64,000 nucleotides of DNA from an uncultured Anaerolineae bacterium (lineage in GTDB: Bacteria; Chloroflexota; Anaerolineae; Aggregatilineales; Phototrophicaceae), in NCBI GenBank assembly GCA_938022205.1, contig CALIEB010000016.1, forward strand, positions 4,213 to 68,212. Direction: 5' to 3'. The notes under the pieces are model-generated. The model did not search any database and was not told the origin of the DNA. It saw nothing but the letters and a program-made list of their open reading frames with translations. Below are positions 52,689-60,643 of this stretch, piece by piece. The position numbers and the translations under genes are program-made. Position 1 is the stretch's first letter. Each line of letters begins with the position of its first letter.

Positions 52689-54170
52689 CTAGTCACACGC
52701 CGCGTCGAGGTTGCGATAGACCGTGCCGTCACGCACGCGCACCATCGGCGTGATGTTGAGCCGCGCTTGCCACGCCGCCACGTCCCAATCTGCCAGCAGC
52801 AAATAGCGCGCCTGAAAGCGTGTCGGCACGTCGTCGGGGTTAATCCACGTGATGCCCATGCCACGCGGAATTGCCAGCAGCAAGCCCGCCTCGCTGGCGA
52901 AGTCGGCGATGTAGTAGACCGACGCGCTTACGGTGTTGCACCACGCGCTCGCGCCTGCCTCGTACGCCAAATACGCGCCGATGACGGGCTGCCAGCGCGC
53001 TAGCTGGGTGGCAGTGTTGTTCGCCTTGAAACGCGGCGCGTGAAATTCGACATACTCTTGCAGCGTGTCGGGCAAGCTAAGCGCAAATGCCAGCAGCAGC
53101 GGCAGCAGCACGCGCCACCTGCCACGCAGCACAAGCAGCGACGCGCTGAAGAAGAGGTGCGGTGCAAGCACGCGGTAGTCGCGCCCGTCTTCAACCTCGT
53201 GCAGGGTCAGCACAGCGAGGTAAACCGCGAGCAGGTTGAAGAGGTGCAGCCCCCATTCGGCAGTCGTCAGCACAGGCGTGCCGCGTCGCCGCTCCCACGC
53301 CCAAACGCCCGTCAGCACCAGCACCAACCCCACGATGTGCGCGCGCTGCCAAAACGCGGTTGGCGTGCCGCTGCCGAACAGCAACCCCACGTTATGCCAG
53401 ACATAGTTCCACAGGGCAGATAGCGCGTCCAGCGGTGTGGCGGCTTGGGCAAAGAACTGCGAGCGAAAGTGGGGATAGGGCGCGCTTGATGCTTGAAACA
53501 GCGCGCTGAACGCGCCGAACAGCAGCGCGAACGCCAGCAGGCGCGCCGCTATCTGCTTGGGGCGCGTTTCACCCAAGACCAGCGCGGGCAGCAGCAGCAA
53601 GCCCCATGTCGGTCGCAGCAGCGTTGCTGCCAGCAGCCAAGCCACCAACAGCCCGCGCGTCCAACGCTCGCCGCGCAGCAGACGCGCGAAGCCCGCCGCC
53701 GCGCCCAACGCAACGCCGACGTGTAGCAGCTCTTGCATGCTGCTCGGCATATAGCTTAGCGGCAGCGGCGACACCGCCAACAGCACCGCCAGCATAACCG
53801 CGCGCCGCCATGACAAGCCCGCCGCTGCCAGCATGCAGCCAGCTACCAGCGCGCTCACGTTAACGCGCCACACGCTTTGCAGGCTGTCGCCGCCGAGCGC
53901 ACCGTAGAGCGCGGGTGAGAACGCGCCCCACACGTAAAAGCGTGACCACGCCAAGCGCGGCAGATGTTCGCTCACCGTGTAGTAGCCGCCTGACCAAGCC
54001 GCCACGCGCCACGTTTGTGCCTGATGCCAGTAGTACAGCTCGTCGCTCCAGAACGGCACAAGCTCGGCGTAGGACGCTTGCCAATGCGCCCACAGCAGCC
54101 CCGCGCCTAGCAGCAGCGGCAAGCCCGCCACCAGCACGCCCAGCAGCACATTGCGCGCTATCGCTCGCAT
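52689..54170 (-). CDS. GT-C-fold membrane glycosyltransferase-like protein (paralogue 7)
   Basis: I chose internal start ATG 54170 (MRAIARNVLLGVLVAGLPLLL), 7 nt after the P450 stop. The longer track ORF (to 54413) overlaps the P450 gene with an Arg/Trp/Ser-rich, non-protein-like extension. The protein is polytopic with first-loop FWSDELYYWHQA. Confidence 0.65.
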   Translation of the reverse strand: MRAIARNVLLGVLVAGLPLLLGAGLLWAHWQASYAELVPFWSDELYYWHQAQTWRVAAWSGGYYTVSEHLPRLAWSRFYVWGAFSPALYGALGGDSLQSVWRVNVSALVAGCMLAAAGLSWRRAVMLAVLLAVSPLPLSYMPSSMQELLHVGVALGAAAGFARLLRGERWTRGLLVAWLLAATLLRPTWGLLLLPALVLGETRPKQIAARLLAFALLFGAFSALFQASSAPYPHFRSQFFAQAATPLDALSALWNYVWHNVGLLFGSGTPTAFWQRAHIVGLVLVLTGVWAWERRRGTPVLTTAEWGLHLFNLLAVYLAVLTLHEVEDGRDYRVLAPHLFFSASLLVLRGRWRVLLPLLLAFALSLPDTLQEYVEFHAPRFKANNTATQLARWQPVIGAYLAYEAGASAWCNTVSASVYYIADFASEAGLLLAIPRGMGITWINPDDVPTRFQARYLLLADWDVAAWQARLNITPMVRVRDGTVYRNLDAACD

Positions 54171-54177
54171 GGCGCGC

Positions 54178-55401
54178 CTACCGCAAGCGCACGGGCAGCT
54201 CTGCCAGCCCGTGAATGAGCGTGCTGTCGTTCCAAGCCAGCGTGTCGGGGTTTGCCGCCAATGCCAGCTTGTCGAAGCGCGCCAGCAGCCGTGTGAGGGC
54301 GATTGTCCCCTCCAGCCGTGCCAGCGGCGCGCCCAAGCAGTAGTGAATGCCGAAGCCAAAGGCGATGTGTGGGTTAGGCTGGCGCGTGATGTCGAACGTG
54401 TCGGGGTTGGCAAATACGGCGGGGTCGCGGTTGGCAGCCATCAAGCACGGCACGACGACATCGCCTTGTGGGATGGTCACGCCGCCGATTTCCACATCCT
54501 CGAACGCCCAACGCAGCATGGGAATTTCAACGGGACCCTCATAGCGCAAAATCTCCTCCACCGCTGAGGGCATGAGGCGCATGTCGGCGCGCAGCTTCGC
54601 CAGCTGGTCTGGATGCTTGAGCAGGGTCAGCACGCCGTTGCTAATCAGGTTGACGGTCGTTTCATGCCCCGCCACGAGCAGCAAGAAGATCATCGCCAAC
54701 AGCTCCATGTGGTCGAGCGTGTCGTCCCCTTCGGCGGCGTGTACCAAGCCCGTGAGGATGTCGTCTTGCGGGTCGTTGCGACGCGCTTCAATCAGCGCGT
54801 TCATGTACAAAACAAACGCCATCGTGCTTTCAGCAGCCTCCTCCAAGCTGTCGCCGTTGAGCAGGTCGCGCGTCCACTTGCGGAACATGGCGCGGTCGGA
54901 CGACGGCACGCCCAGCATTTCGGCAATCACCGTAATTGGCAGCGGGTAGCTAAATTGCTCGATAAGCTCGGCGGTCTCCTCCTGCGCCATCTCGTCGAGC
55001 AGCGCGTCAGCAATGGCTTCAATGCGCGGCTGCAGCGCGGCAATCGCGCGCGGCGTGAAGGCTTTATGCACGAGGGCGCGCAGCCGCGTGTGGTTGGGCG
55101 GGTCTTGGTTGAGCAAGTGCCTGTCTAACGCGGCAAAGCGCGGGTCGGGCGGGTTGGGAAAATAGCGGCGCACGTGAACTTCGGGCAAATTGGCGCGGAT
55201 GTCACGCCCGAGCTTGGGGTGTTTCAGCGCGGTCTGCACGTCGTCATAGCGCGTCAAAAACCAGAAGGTGTTGTAGCCACCCAGGCCTGTGCCTTCGTAG
55301 ATGGGGGCTTCGGCGCGCATTTGGGCGTACATCGGATGCGGATTGGCGCGCGTGCGCTCGTCCCAAATGGGGTAGCGGTTGGTTTTAAGTGGTGTCGTCA
55401 T
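54178..55401 (-). CDS. Cytochrome P450
   Basis: The I-helix is [14 protein letters not shown], the ExxR motif is EEILRY and the heme-binding loop is [17 protein letters not shown]. Confidence 0.9.
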   Translation of the reverse strand: MTTPLKTNRYPIWDERTRANPHPMYAQMRAEAPIYEGTGLGGYNTFWFLTRYDDVQTALKHPKLGRDIRANLPEVHVRRYFPNPPDPRFAALDRHLLNQDPPNHTRLRALVHKAFTPRAIAALQPRIEAIADALLDEMAQEETAELIEQFSYPLPITVIAEMLGVPSSDRAMFRKWTRDLLNGDSLEEAAESTMAFVLYMNALIEARRNDPQDDILTGLVHAAEGDDTLDHMELLAMIFLLLVAGHETTVNLISNGVLTLLKHPDQLAKLRADMRLMPSAVEEILRYEGPVEIPMLRWAFEDVEIGGVTIPQGDVVVPCLMAANRDPAVFANPDTFDITRQPNPHIAFGFGIHYCLGAPLARLEGTIALTRLLARFDKLALAANPDTLAWNDSTLIHGLAELPVRLR

Positions 55402-55576
55402 CGTGTTCCCTCTGAGGCTAGTCTGCGCGCTCTAAGATACACAGCAAACGCACCGCGTGCTATGGGTTTTTGCCCACAAAGCTAGAGCTTTTAAGCACCT
55501 TGTTATCACTTCTGCGCGCAACCTAGGGTACAATGAAACAAGTATTGCTTGTTGATAACGACAAAAGGATGCGCTT

Positions 55577-58423
55577 ATGCGACGCTTGTTTGCTTTTCTA
55601 GGGCTGATGGTGCTGCTTGGCACGTTGCTGCTTAGTGCGCTGGCACAGGAAGTTCGCTTTACTGCCACGCCACCTAAGGCGGCAATTGGCCAGCCGATTG
55701 TGCTAGCTGCCAGCGGCTTGACCCCTAACACGCGCTACACGCTGGAAATTTTTTACGTGCCGAACGAACGCAGCGTGTTCAGCACCAACTACGTGTCAGA
55801 TATAAACGGTGAGGCGAGTTTGTCGATTTTCGGCGAACCTTCCGACCCGCTAGGCGTGTACCGCGCCGAGCTGCGGTTAGGAAGCGAGCGCGTGGCGCAA
55901 GTGACCTTTGAGCTTATCGCTGCTGCCACGCCTGTGCCGCCAACGAGCGCGCCGACGATAAGCACGCCGCCGGCACAGCAACCTACGCCTGTGCCGACGA
56001 TAAGCCGTGACGGCGTGACGCTGCGCATTGTGCCGGAATCAGCCCCACCGCGCGGCACGTTCCGCTTCTTTATTTCGGGGCTTACGGCGGATGAGGTCGT
56101 CTTCGTGATTGTCGTCAACGACAGCACGGGCGCGGAAGAATACAGCACGACGCGCCGCGCCGACAGCAACGGGCGTATCGAGATGGAGCTTTTCACCACC
56201 GCGCAGAACAGCGTTGGCACGTATACCGTGCGCGTTGAACGCAGCAGCGGTGACCTGCTGGCACAGAACAGCTTTAGGTTAGAATCACCCACCGGCAACA
56301 ACGGCATCGTGCGCGTTGTGCCACGCAGCGGCAGCGCAGGCAGCACCTTCAGCATCCAGCTTGAGCGGCTGCGCACCTTTACCGACGTGGACGTGCAGGT
56401 GCAAGACCCTGACAGCGGCAACGTGATTTTTGAGACGGTCGTGCGCACCAACGTGGACGGCAACGCGCAAGTGGACTTTGTGTCGGATGCCAGCTTGCCC
56501 GAGAAGACCTACCGCGTTATTGCCCGCGTCCGCGACGTGGAAGTTGGGCGTGCCAGCCTGATTATTGGCGAGGCGGCGTTCGACCCCGACAACGTGCGCG
56601 TAACGGTGCAGCCGCCCGATGCCACGCTGGGGCGCGTCTTGAGCCTGAACGTGAGCGGGCTGCCGCCGCGCCAGCCAGTCACGATTGAGGTGCTGGCGGA
56701 AGGGCGTGTGCTGCGCAGCTTCACCCAGACCAGCAACAGCGCGGGCAACGTCACCGTCACCTATCGTGGCGATGCATCTGACCCCACAGGCACGTATAGC
56801 GTGCGCGTCAAGCTCAACGACGAAGTGATTGGCACGGCGGACTTTGTCATGAGCGGCGCACCCGCTGCGCAAAGCGAGGACACGCCTACGCCCGCCCCTA
56901 ACGTCACCGTGACGATTGACCCCGCACAGGCGGCGCGTGGCACGGTACACACCATCACTGTTAGCGGGCTTGCGCCCAACCAAACGGTGGATTTTGACGT
57001 GACATTTGGCGGGCAAAGCGTTTACAAGACGCAAAAGACCGCCGACGCGCAGGGTCTGGCGGTGTTAGAGCTAGTTGCTGAACCCAACGACGCAAGTGGT
57101 GACTATACCGTGACGGTTAGCGTGGCGGGCGCGCCGTTGGGCGATGTGGTGCTTACGGTGCTGGACGAAGCTGCCAGCCCCAGCGACGTGACGGTAATCA
57201 TCACGCCCCAAAGCGGCGAACGCGGCACAACGCATGTCATCACCGCGACGGGCTTAGTGCCTAACGAGACCGTTGCGCTGGAGCTGCGCTTTGGCAACGA
57301 CCTGGTCTACAGTGCCGAACGCCAAGCCGACGCGAACGGCAAGGTCGAGCTGCGGCTGCGTTCTGAACCCAACGACCCTGTCGGTGAGTACACGCTGACG
57401 GTCGTGCGCGCGGGCGTGGTCATCGCGCAAGGCACGCTTACGGTCAGCGAAGACAGGGCCGCTCCGCCGCCCACGCCTGTTCCTAGTGACACGTTGATCA
57501 ACCGTGAGGTCTTTAGCGGTGAGCTAAGCACGCGGCAGCCCGAAGTCCGCCAAACGTTTGAGGGAAGTGCTGGCGACATCGTCACGATTGCGCTGGAAAG
57601 CAGCGAGTTCGACCCCTATTTGCGCCTGCTTGACCGCGATGGCGAAGAACTAACGTATTCCGACGACACGCCTAACTCGTTGAACTCGCGCATTAGCTTG
57701 TTTATCTTGCCCTATACAGGCGCATACACCATCGTGGCGACGAGCTACGATTATTATACGGACAGCAGCACGGCAAGGGGCGGCAGCTACACGCTGACGC
57801 TGACGCGCATCACGCCGCAAGCCATCAGTTACGACACGCCCACCCGCGTGGCGTTGACGCGCGATGTGAGCTTGCAGCTCTTCCGCTTTGAGGCTTTGGC
57901 GGGTGATGTGCTGAACTTCCGCGCTGAGGGCAGCCCCGATGTCGACGCGACGTTTGCGCTTTACAACGACAGCGGCATGCTGTTGGTGGAGGACGATGAC
58001 GGTGGTGTCGGCTATCTGCCCGAAATTACGCGCTTTGTCATCACGCGCAGCGGCAGCTACTTCTTAGAGGTACGCTTATACGATGGCGCGTTTGACGGCG
58101 AGCTAACGCTGAATGTGGCGCGGGTTGCGCTCAACACGCTGGACGAGACGCGCACCGCGACGTTGGGCGGCAAGCGCACGAGCGACACGTTCACATTCGA
58201 GGTGAGCGAAGGCGAGTCGGTCACCATTCGCGTGCGCCTCAAAGACGGCGCAGCCGCTAATTTCCGCTTAACAGCCTTGCAAGGCGAGCAGACGGTGATG
58301 AGCTACCAAGCGCAAGGTACGCCTGACGAGTTAGTCGTGGGCTTTGTTGCCCGCAGCAGCGGCACGGTGACACTGATTATCGAGAACGTCGGTTCGGCGG
58401 CGGTTTTTGAGGTCACGCGCTAG
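55577..58423 (+). CDS. Secreted multi-repeat protein: six ~90-aa Ig-like repeats plus three pre-peptidase-C-terminal (PPC)-like domains
   Basis: Signal peptide MRRLFAFLGLMVLLGTLLLSALAQE. Six repeats lie at aa 25-114, 146-236, 243-331, 339-426, 442-530 and 537-625. They share the pattern V.V...P..A..G......vSGL.PN..V....... AD..G.....L......P.G.YTV.V. Three C-terminal domains with the pattern F.G.AGD.V.I......DP.L.L.D..G..L..DDD...Y.L.V lie at aa 640-948. Confidence 0.8.
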   Translation: MRRLFAFLGLMVLLGTLLLSALAQEVRFTATPPKAAIGQPIVLAASGLTPNTRYTLEIFYVPNERSVFSTNYVSDINGEASLSIFGEPSDPLGVYRAELRLGSERVAQVTFELIAAATPVPPTSAPTISTPPAQQPTPVPTISRDGVTLRIVPESAPPRGTFRFFISGLTADEVVFVIVVNDSTGAEEYSTTRRADSNGRIEMELFTTAQNSVGTYTVRVERSSGDLLAQNSFRLESPTGNNGIVRVVPRSGSAGSTFSIQLERLRTFTDVDVQVQDPDSGNVIFETVVRTNVDGNAQVDFVSDASLPEKTYRVIARVRDVEVGRASLIIGEAAFDPDNVRVTVQPPDATLGRVLSLNVSGLPPRQPVTIEVLAEGRVLRSFTQTSNSAGNVTVTYRGDASDPTGTYSVRVKLNDEVIGTADFVMSGAPAAQSEDTPTPAPNVTVTIDPAQAARGTVHTITVSGLAPNQTVDFDVTFGGQSVYKTQKTADAQGLAVLELVAEPNDASGDYTVTVSVAGAPLGDVVLTVLDEAASPSDVTVIITPQSGERGTTHVITATGLVPNETVALELRFGNDLVYSAERQADANGKVELRLRSEPNDPVGEYTLTVVRAGVVIAQGTLTVSEDRAAPPPTPVPSDTLINREVFSGELSTRQPEVRQTFEGSAGDIVTIALESSEFDPYLRLLDRDGEELTYSDDTPNSLNSRISLFILPYTGAYTIVATSYDYYTDSSTARGGSYTLTLTRITPQAISYDTPTRVALTRDVSLQLFRFEALAGDVLNFRAEGSPDVDATFALYNDSGMLLVEDDDGGVGYLPEITRFVITRSGSYFLEVRLYDGAFDGELTLNVARVALNTLDETRTATLGGKRTSDTFTFEVSEGESVTIRVRLKDGAAANFRLTALQGEQTVMSYQAQGTPDELVVGFVARSSGTVTLIIENVGSAAVFEVTR

Positions 58424-58436
58424 CCTGTTGTTTAGA

Positions 58437-58466
58437 AGCCCCCGCCATGTCGGTCGGGGGCTTTTG
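58437..58466 (+). terminator. Rho-independent terminator shared by convergent genes
   Basis: AGCCCCCG-ccatgtcggt-CGGGGGCT forms an 8-bp GC-rich stem, followed by TTTTG. It lies between the 55577 gene stop (58423) and the pdxT stop (58468). Confidence 0.7.
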
Positions 58467-58467
58467 A

Positions 58468-59037
58468 TTATGTTGTGCGCACGATGTCTAAGAAGTGCGC
58501 GTGCAGGCGGCTGTCGCGCGTAAGCTCCGGATGGAACGCCGTGCCGAGCAAGTGCTGCTCCTGTACTGCGACAACGCGCCCGTCGGGCAGTGTCGCCAGC
58601 ACCTCTACGCCTGCGCCGACGCGCTCCACCAGCGGGGCGCGAATGAACACGGCGTGAAAAGGCGCGTCCAACCCCTTAATGTTCAGGTCTGTCTCGAAGC
58701 TGTCGACTTGCCGCCCGAAGGCGTTGCGGCTAACTTTGACGTGCATCACGCCTAAGATAGGCTGGTGCGCGATGCCGATGTCTTCTGCCAAGAAAATCAA
58801 CCCCGCGCACGTTCCCCACGTGGGCTTTTGGCGCGCGAACACCCGCAGCGGCTCAATCAGCCCGTATTCTGTTGCGAGCTTGCCGATGGTGGTGCTTTCG
58901 CCACCCGGAATAATCAGCCCGTCCAAGCCTTCGAGCTGTTCGGGCAAGCGCACTTCCTGCACGTCTGCGCCCAAGCTGCGCAGCATGTGTTCATGTTCAA
59001 CAAACGCGCCTTGCAGCGCAAGCACGCCAATCTTCAT
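58468..59037 (-). CDS. pdxT: Pyridoxal 5'-phosphate synthase glutaminase subunit PdxT
   Basis: I chose start ATG 59037 ([12 protein letters not shown]), which has GGAGAA upstream. Triad elements are GTCAG (Cys) and FHPE (His/Glu). This gives 189 aa, versus the longer track ORF. Confidence 0.9.
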   Translation of the reverse strand: MKIGVLALQGAFVEHEHMLRSLGADVQEVRLPEQLEGLDGLIIPGGESTTIGKLATEYGLIEPLRVFARQKPTWGTCAGLIFLAEDIGIAHQPILGVMHVKVSRNAFGRQVDSFETDLNIKGLDAPFHAVFIRAPLVERVGAGVEVLATLPDGRVVAVQEQHLLGTAFHPELTRDSRLHAHFLDIVRTT

Positions 59038-59123
59038 CAGTGGTTTCTCCTGATAGGGGTGTTGTTTTTCGTGTGAGTATCGTCGCGCATTTGCGCCCAC
59101 GCCGCAAGCACAACCCTAGACCA

Positions 59124-59726
59124 TTAGGCCCGTCGGCGCAAGATGCGTCGCCACAGCCGTCGCAAGCGCAGCGTGATGAGCAGTGCCTGCGTCTCGCTGT
59201 GGTTGTCGAACGCGCGCCCGCCGCCCATGCGCAGGTAACGCTCAAGGTCGGCAATCGCGCCGTCGAGGTCACCCAGCTGGGCGCGCAGCGTGCCGCGCAG
59301 CTCATAGGCTTGCGCCAGCGTGGGGTTGTTTTGCAAGGCAGCCGTCAGGTCGCGCTCGGCTTCGGCGAACATTCCCAACGCCTCGTAGGCGAGCGCACGG
59401 TTGTAGTAGGCTTGGGTATGCGCGTTGTCCAGCAGCAGCGCGTAGCCATAGTCTTGCAGCGATTCGCGTACGTTGCCCAAGAAACGCTGGGCGTTGCCGC
59501 GTTCGTTGTAGGCATCGGCAAAGTTGGGGTTTTGCGCCAGCGCGCGGTTGAAGTCGTCGAGTGCTTGCTCGTAGTCGCCCAAGTAGCCGTAGGCGATGCC
59601 GCGATAGTAGAGTGCTTGCACCGTGTCGCCTAGTGTCAAGCGCAGCGCGTTCGTTAGTGCTTGCACGGCTTCTTCATAGCGTTCCGCCTGCAAATGCTCG
59701 ATGCCCTGTGCCAGATAATCGTCCAC
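59124..59726 (-). CDS. Tetratricopeptide repeat (TPR) protein
   Basis: About five 34-aa TPR units are present (YYRGIAYGYLGDYEQALDDFNRALAQNPNFADAY, NERGNAQRFLGNVRESLQDYGYALLLDNAHTQAY, YNRALAYEALGMFAEAERDLTAALQNNPTLAQAY...). Confidence 0.8.
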   Translation of the reverse strand: MDDYLAQGIEHLQAERYEEAVQALTNALRLTLGDTVQALYYRGIAYGYLGDYEQALDDFNRALAQNPNFADAYNERGNAQRFLGNVRESLQDYGYALLLDNAHTQAYYNRALAYEALGMFAEAERDLTAALQNNPTLAQAYELRGTLRAQLGDLDGAIADLERYLRMGGGRAFDNHSETQALLITLRLRRLWRRILRRRA

Positions 59727-59805
59727 TGCGATTTGCCTAGCCTATGCGCTGTTTTTTCGCTAGAATAACGTGCGCTAACTGTTCGCTAACGTTAAAGGGT
59801 TTGCC

Positions 59806-60612
59806 GTGACGACTGTGGATATTATCGCCCCGCTTATCAAGAAAACCAATGCCATTTTAGACGAAGCGAACGCTACGCCCATGACGGGTCGCACCGTCGC
59901 CGACGTGGGGCGCGTGCCGAGCGGCGACAGCATCGCCCGCGTCATCGACCACACCGCCCTTAAGCCCGAGACCAGCGAGCGCGAGATTGAGCTGCTGTGC
60001 TATGAGGCGAAGCTGTATCGCTTTATGAGCGTGTGTGTCAACAGCGTTTACGTGCCGCTGGCGGTGGAGCTGCTGCGCGACACGCCTGTCAAAGTTTGTG
60101 CGGTCGTCGGCTTTCCGTTGGGCGCAAACCTGCCACAGGTCAAGGCGTTTGAGGCAGAGCAGGCGATGAAGCACGGCGCAAGCGAGATTGACATGGTTAT
60201 GCACGTTGGCGCGCTGAAAAGCGGCAACCTACTAGCCTTATTTGAGGATATTACGCTGGTGGCATACACCTGTCATGACGGTGGCGCGCTGTGCAAGGTG
60301 ATTTTGGAAACGTCACTTTTAAGCGATAGCGAGATTGTGACCGCCTGCCAAGTTGCCAAGCGCGCGGGCGCAGACTTCGTGAAGACCAGCACAGGCTTCG
60401 GCGGCGGTGGCGCGACCACCGCCCACGTGGCTCTCATGCGCGCGGTGGTGGGCGAAGGCATGGGTGTGAAAGCTAGCGGTGGCGTGCGCACGCTGGCGGA
60501 CGCGCAAGCCATGCTCGCGGCGGGCGCAAACCGCATCGGTGCATCGGCAGGCGTGGCGATTGTGCGCGCCGAGCGCGGCGTAAACGACACCGCTGCCAGC
60601 ACGGGATATTAG
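59806..60612 (+). CDS. deoC: Deoxyribose-phosphate aldolase
   Basis: IDHTALKPETS, VCAVVGFPLG, EIDMVM and the Schiff-base lysine context GADFVKTSTGF are present, along with VKASGGVR. GTG start with a ~40-aa N-terminal extension. Confidence 0.88.
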   Translation: MTTVDIIAPLIKKTNAILDEANATPMTGRTVADVGRVPSGDSIARVIDHTALKPETSEREIELLCYEAKLYRFMSVCVNSVYVPLAVELLRDTPVKVCAVVGFPLGANLPQVKAFEAEQAMKHGASEIDMVMHVGALKSGNLLALFEDITLVAYTCHDGGALCKVILETSLLSDSEIVTACQVAKRAGADFVKTSTGFGGGGATTAHVALMRAVVGEGMGVKASGGVRTLADAQAMLAAGANRIGASAGVAIVRAERGVNDTAASTGY

Positions 60613-60619
60613 TCTTAAA

Positions 60620-60635
60620 GCGGCGTGTGCGCCGC
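60620..60635 (-). terminator. Short GC hairpin between convergent deoC and TIR genes (weak terminator)
   Basis: GCGGCG-tgtg-CGCCGC forms a 6-bp stem. On the minus strand only CTTTAAG follows, so the T-tract is poor. Confidence 0.35.
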
Positions 60636-60643
60636 AAAACGCA

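Noticed and set aside
54171-54413. N-terminal 81-aa extension of ORF 52689..54413 overlapping the P450 gene
   Set aside because: The extension ([15 protein letters not shown]...[15 protein letters not shown]) is not membrane-protein-like and overlaps the P450 3' end. ATG 54170, directly after the P450 stop, begins a proper TM helix.
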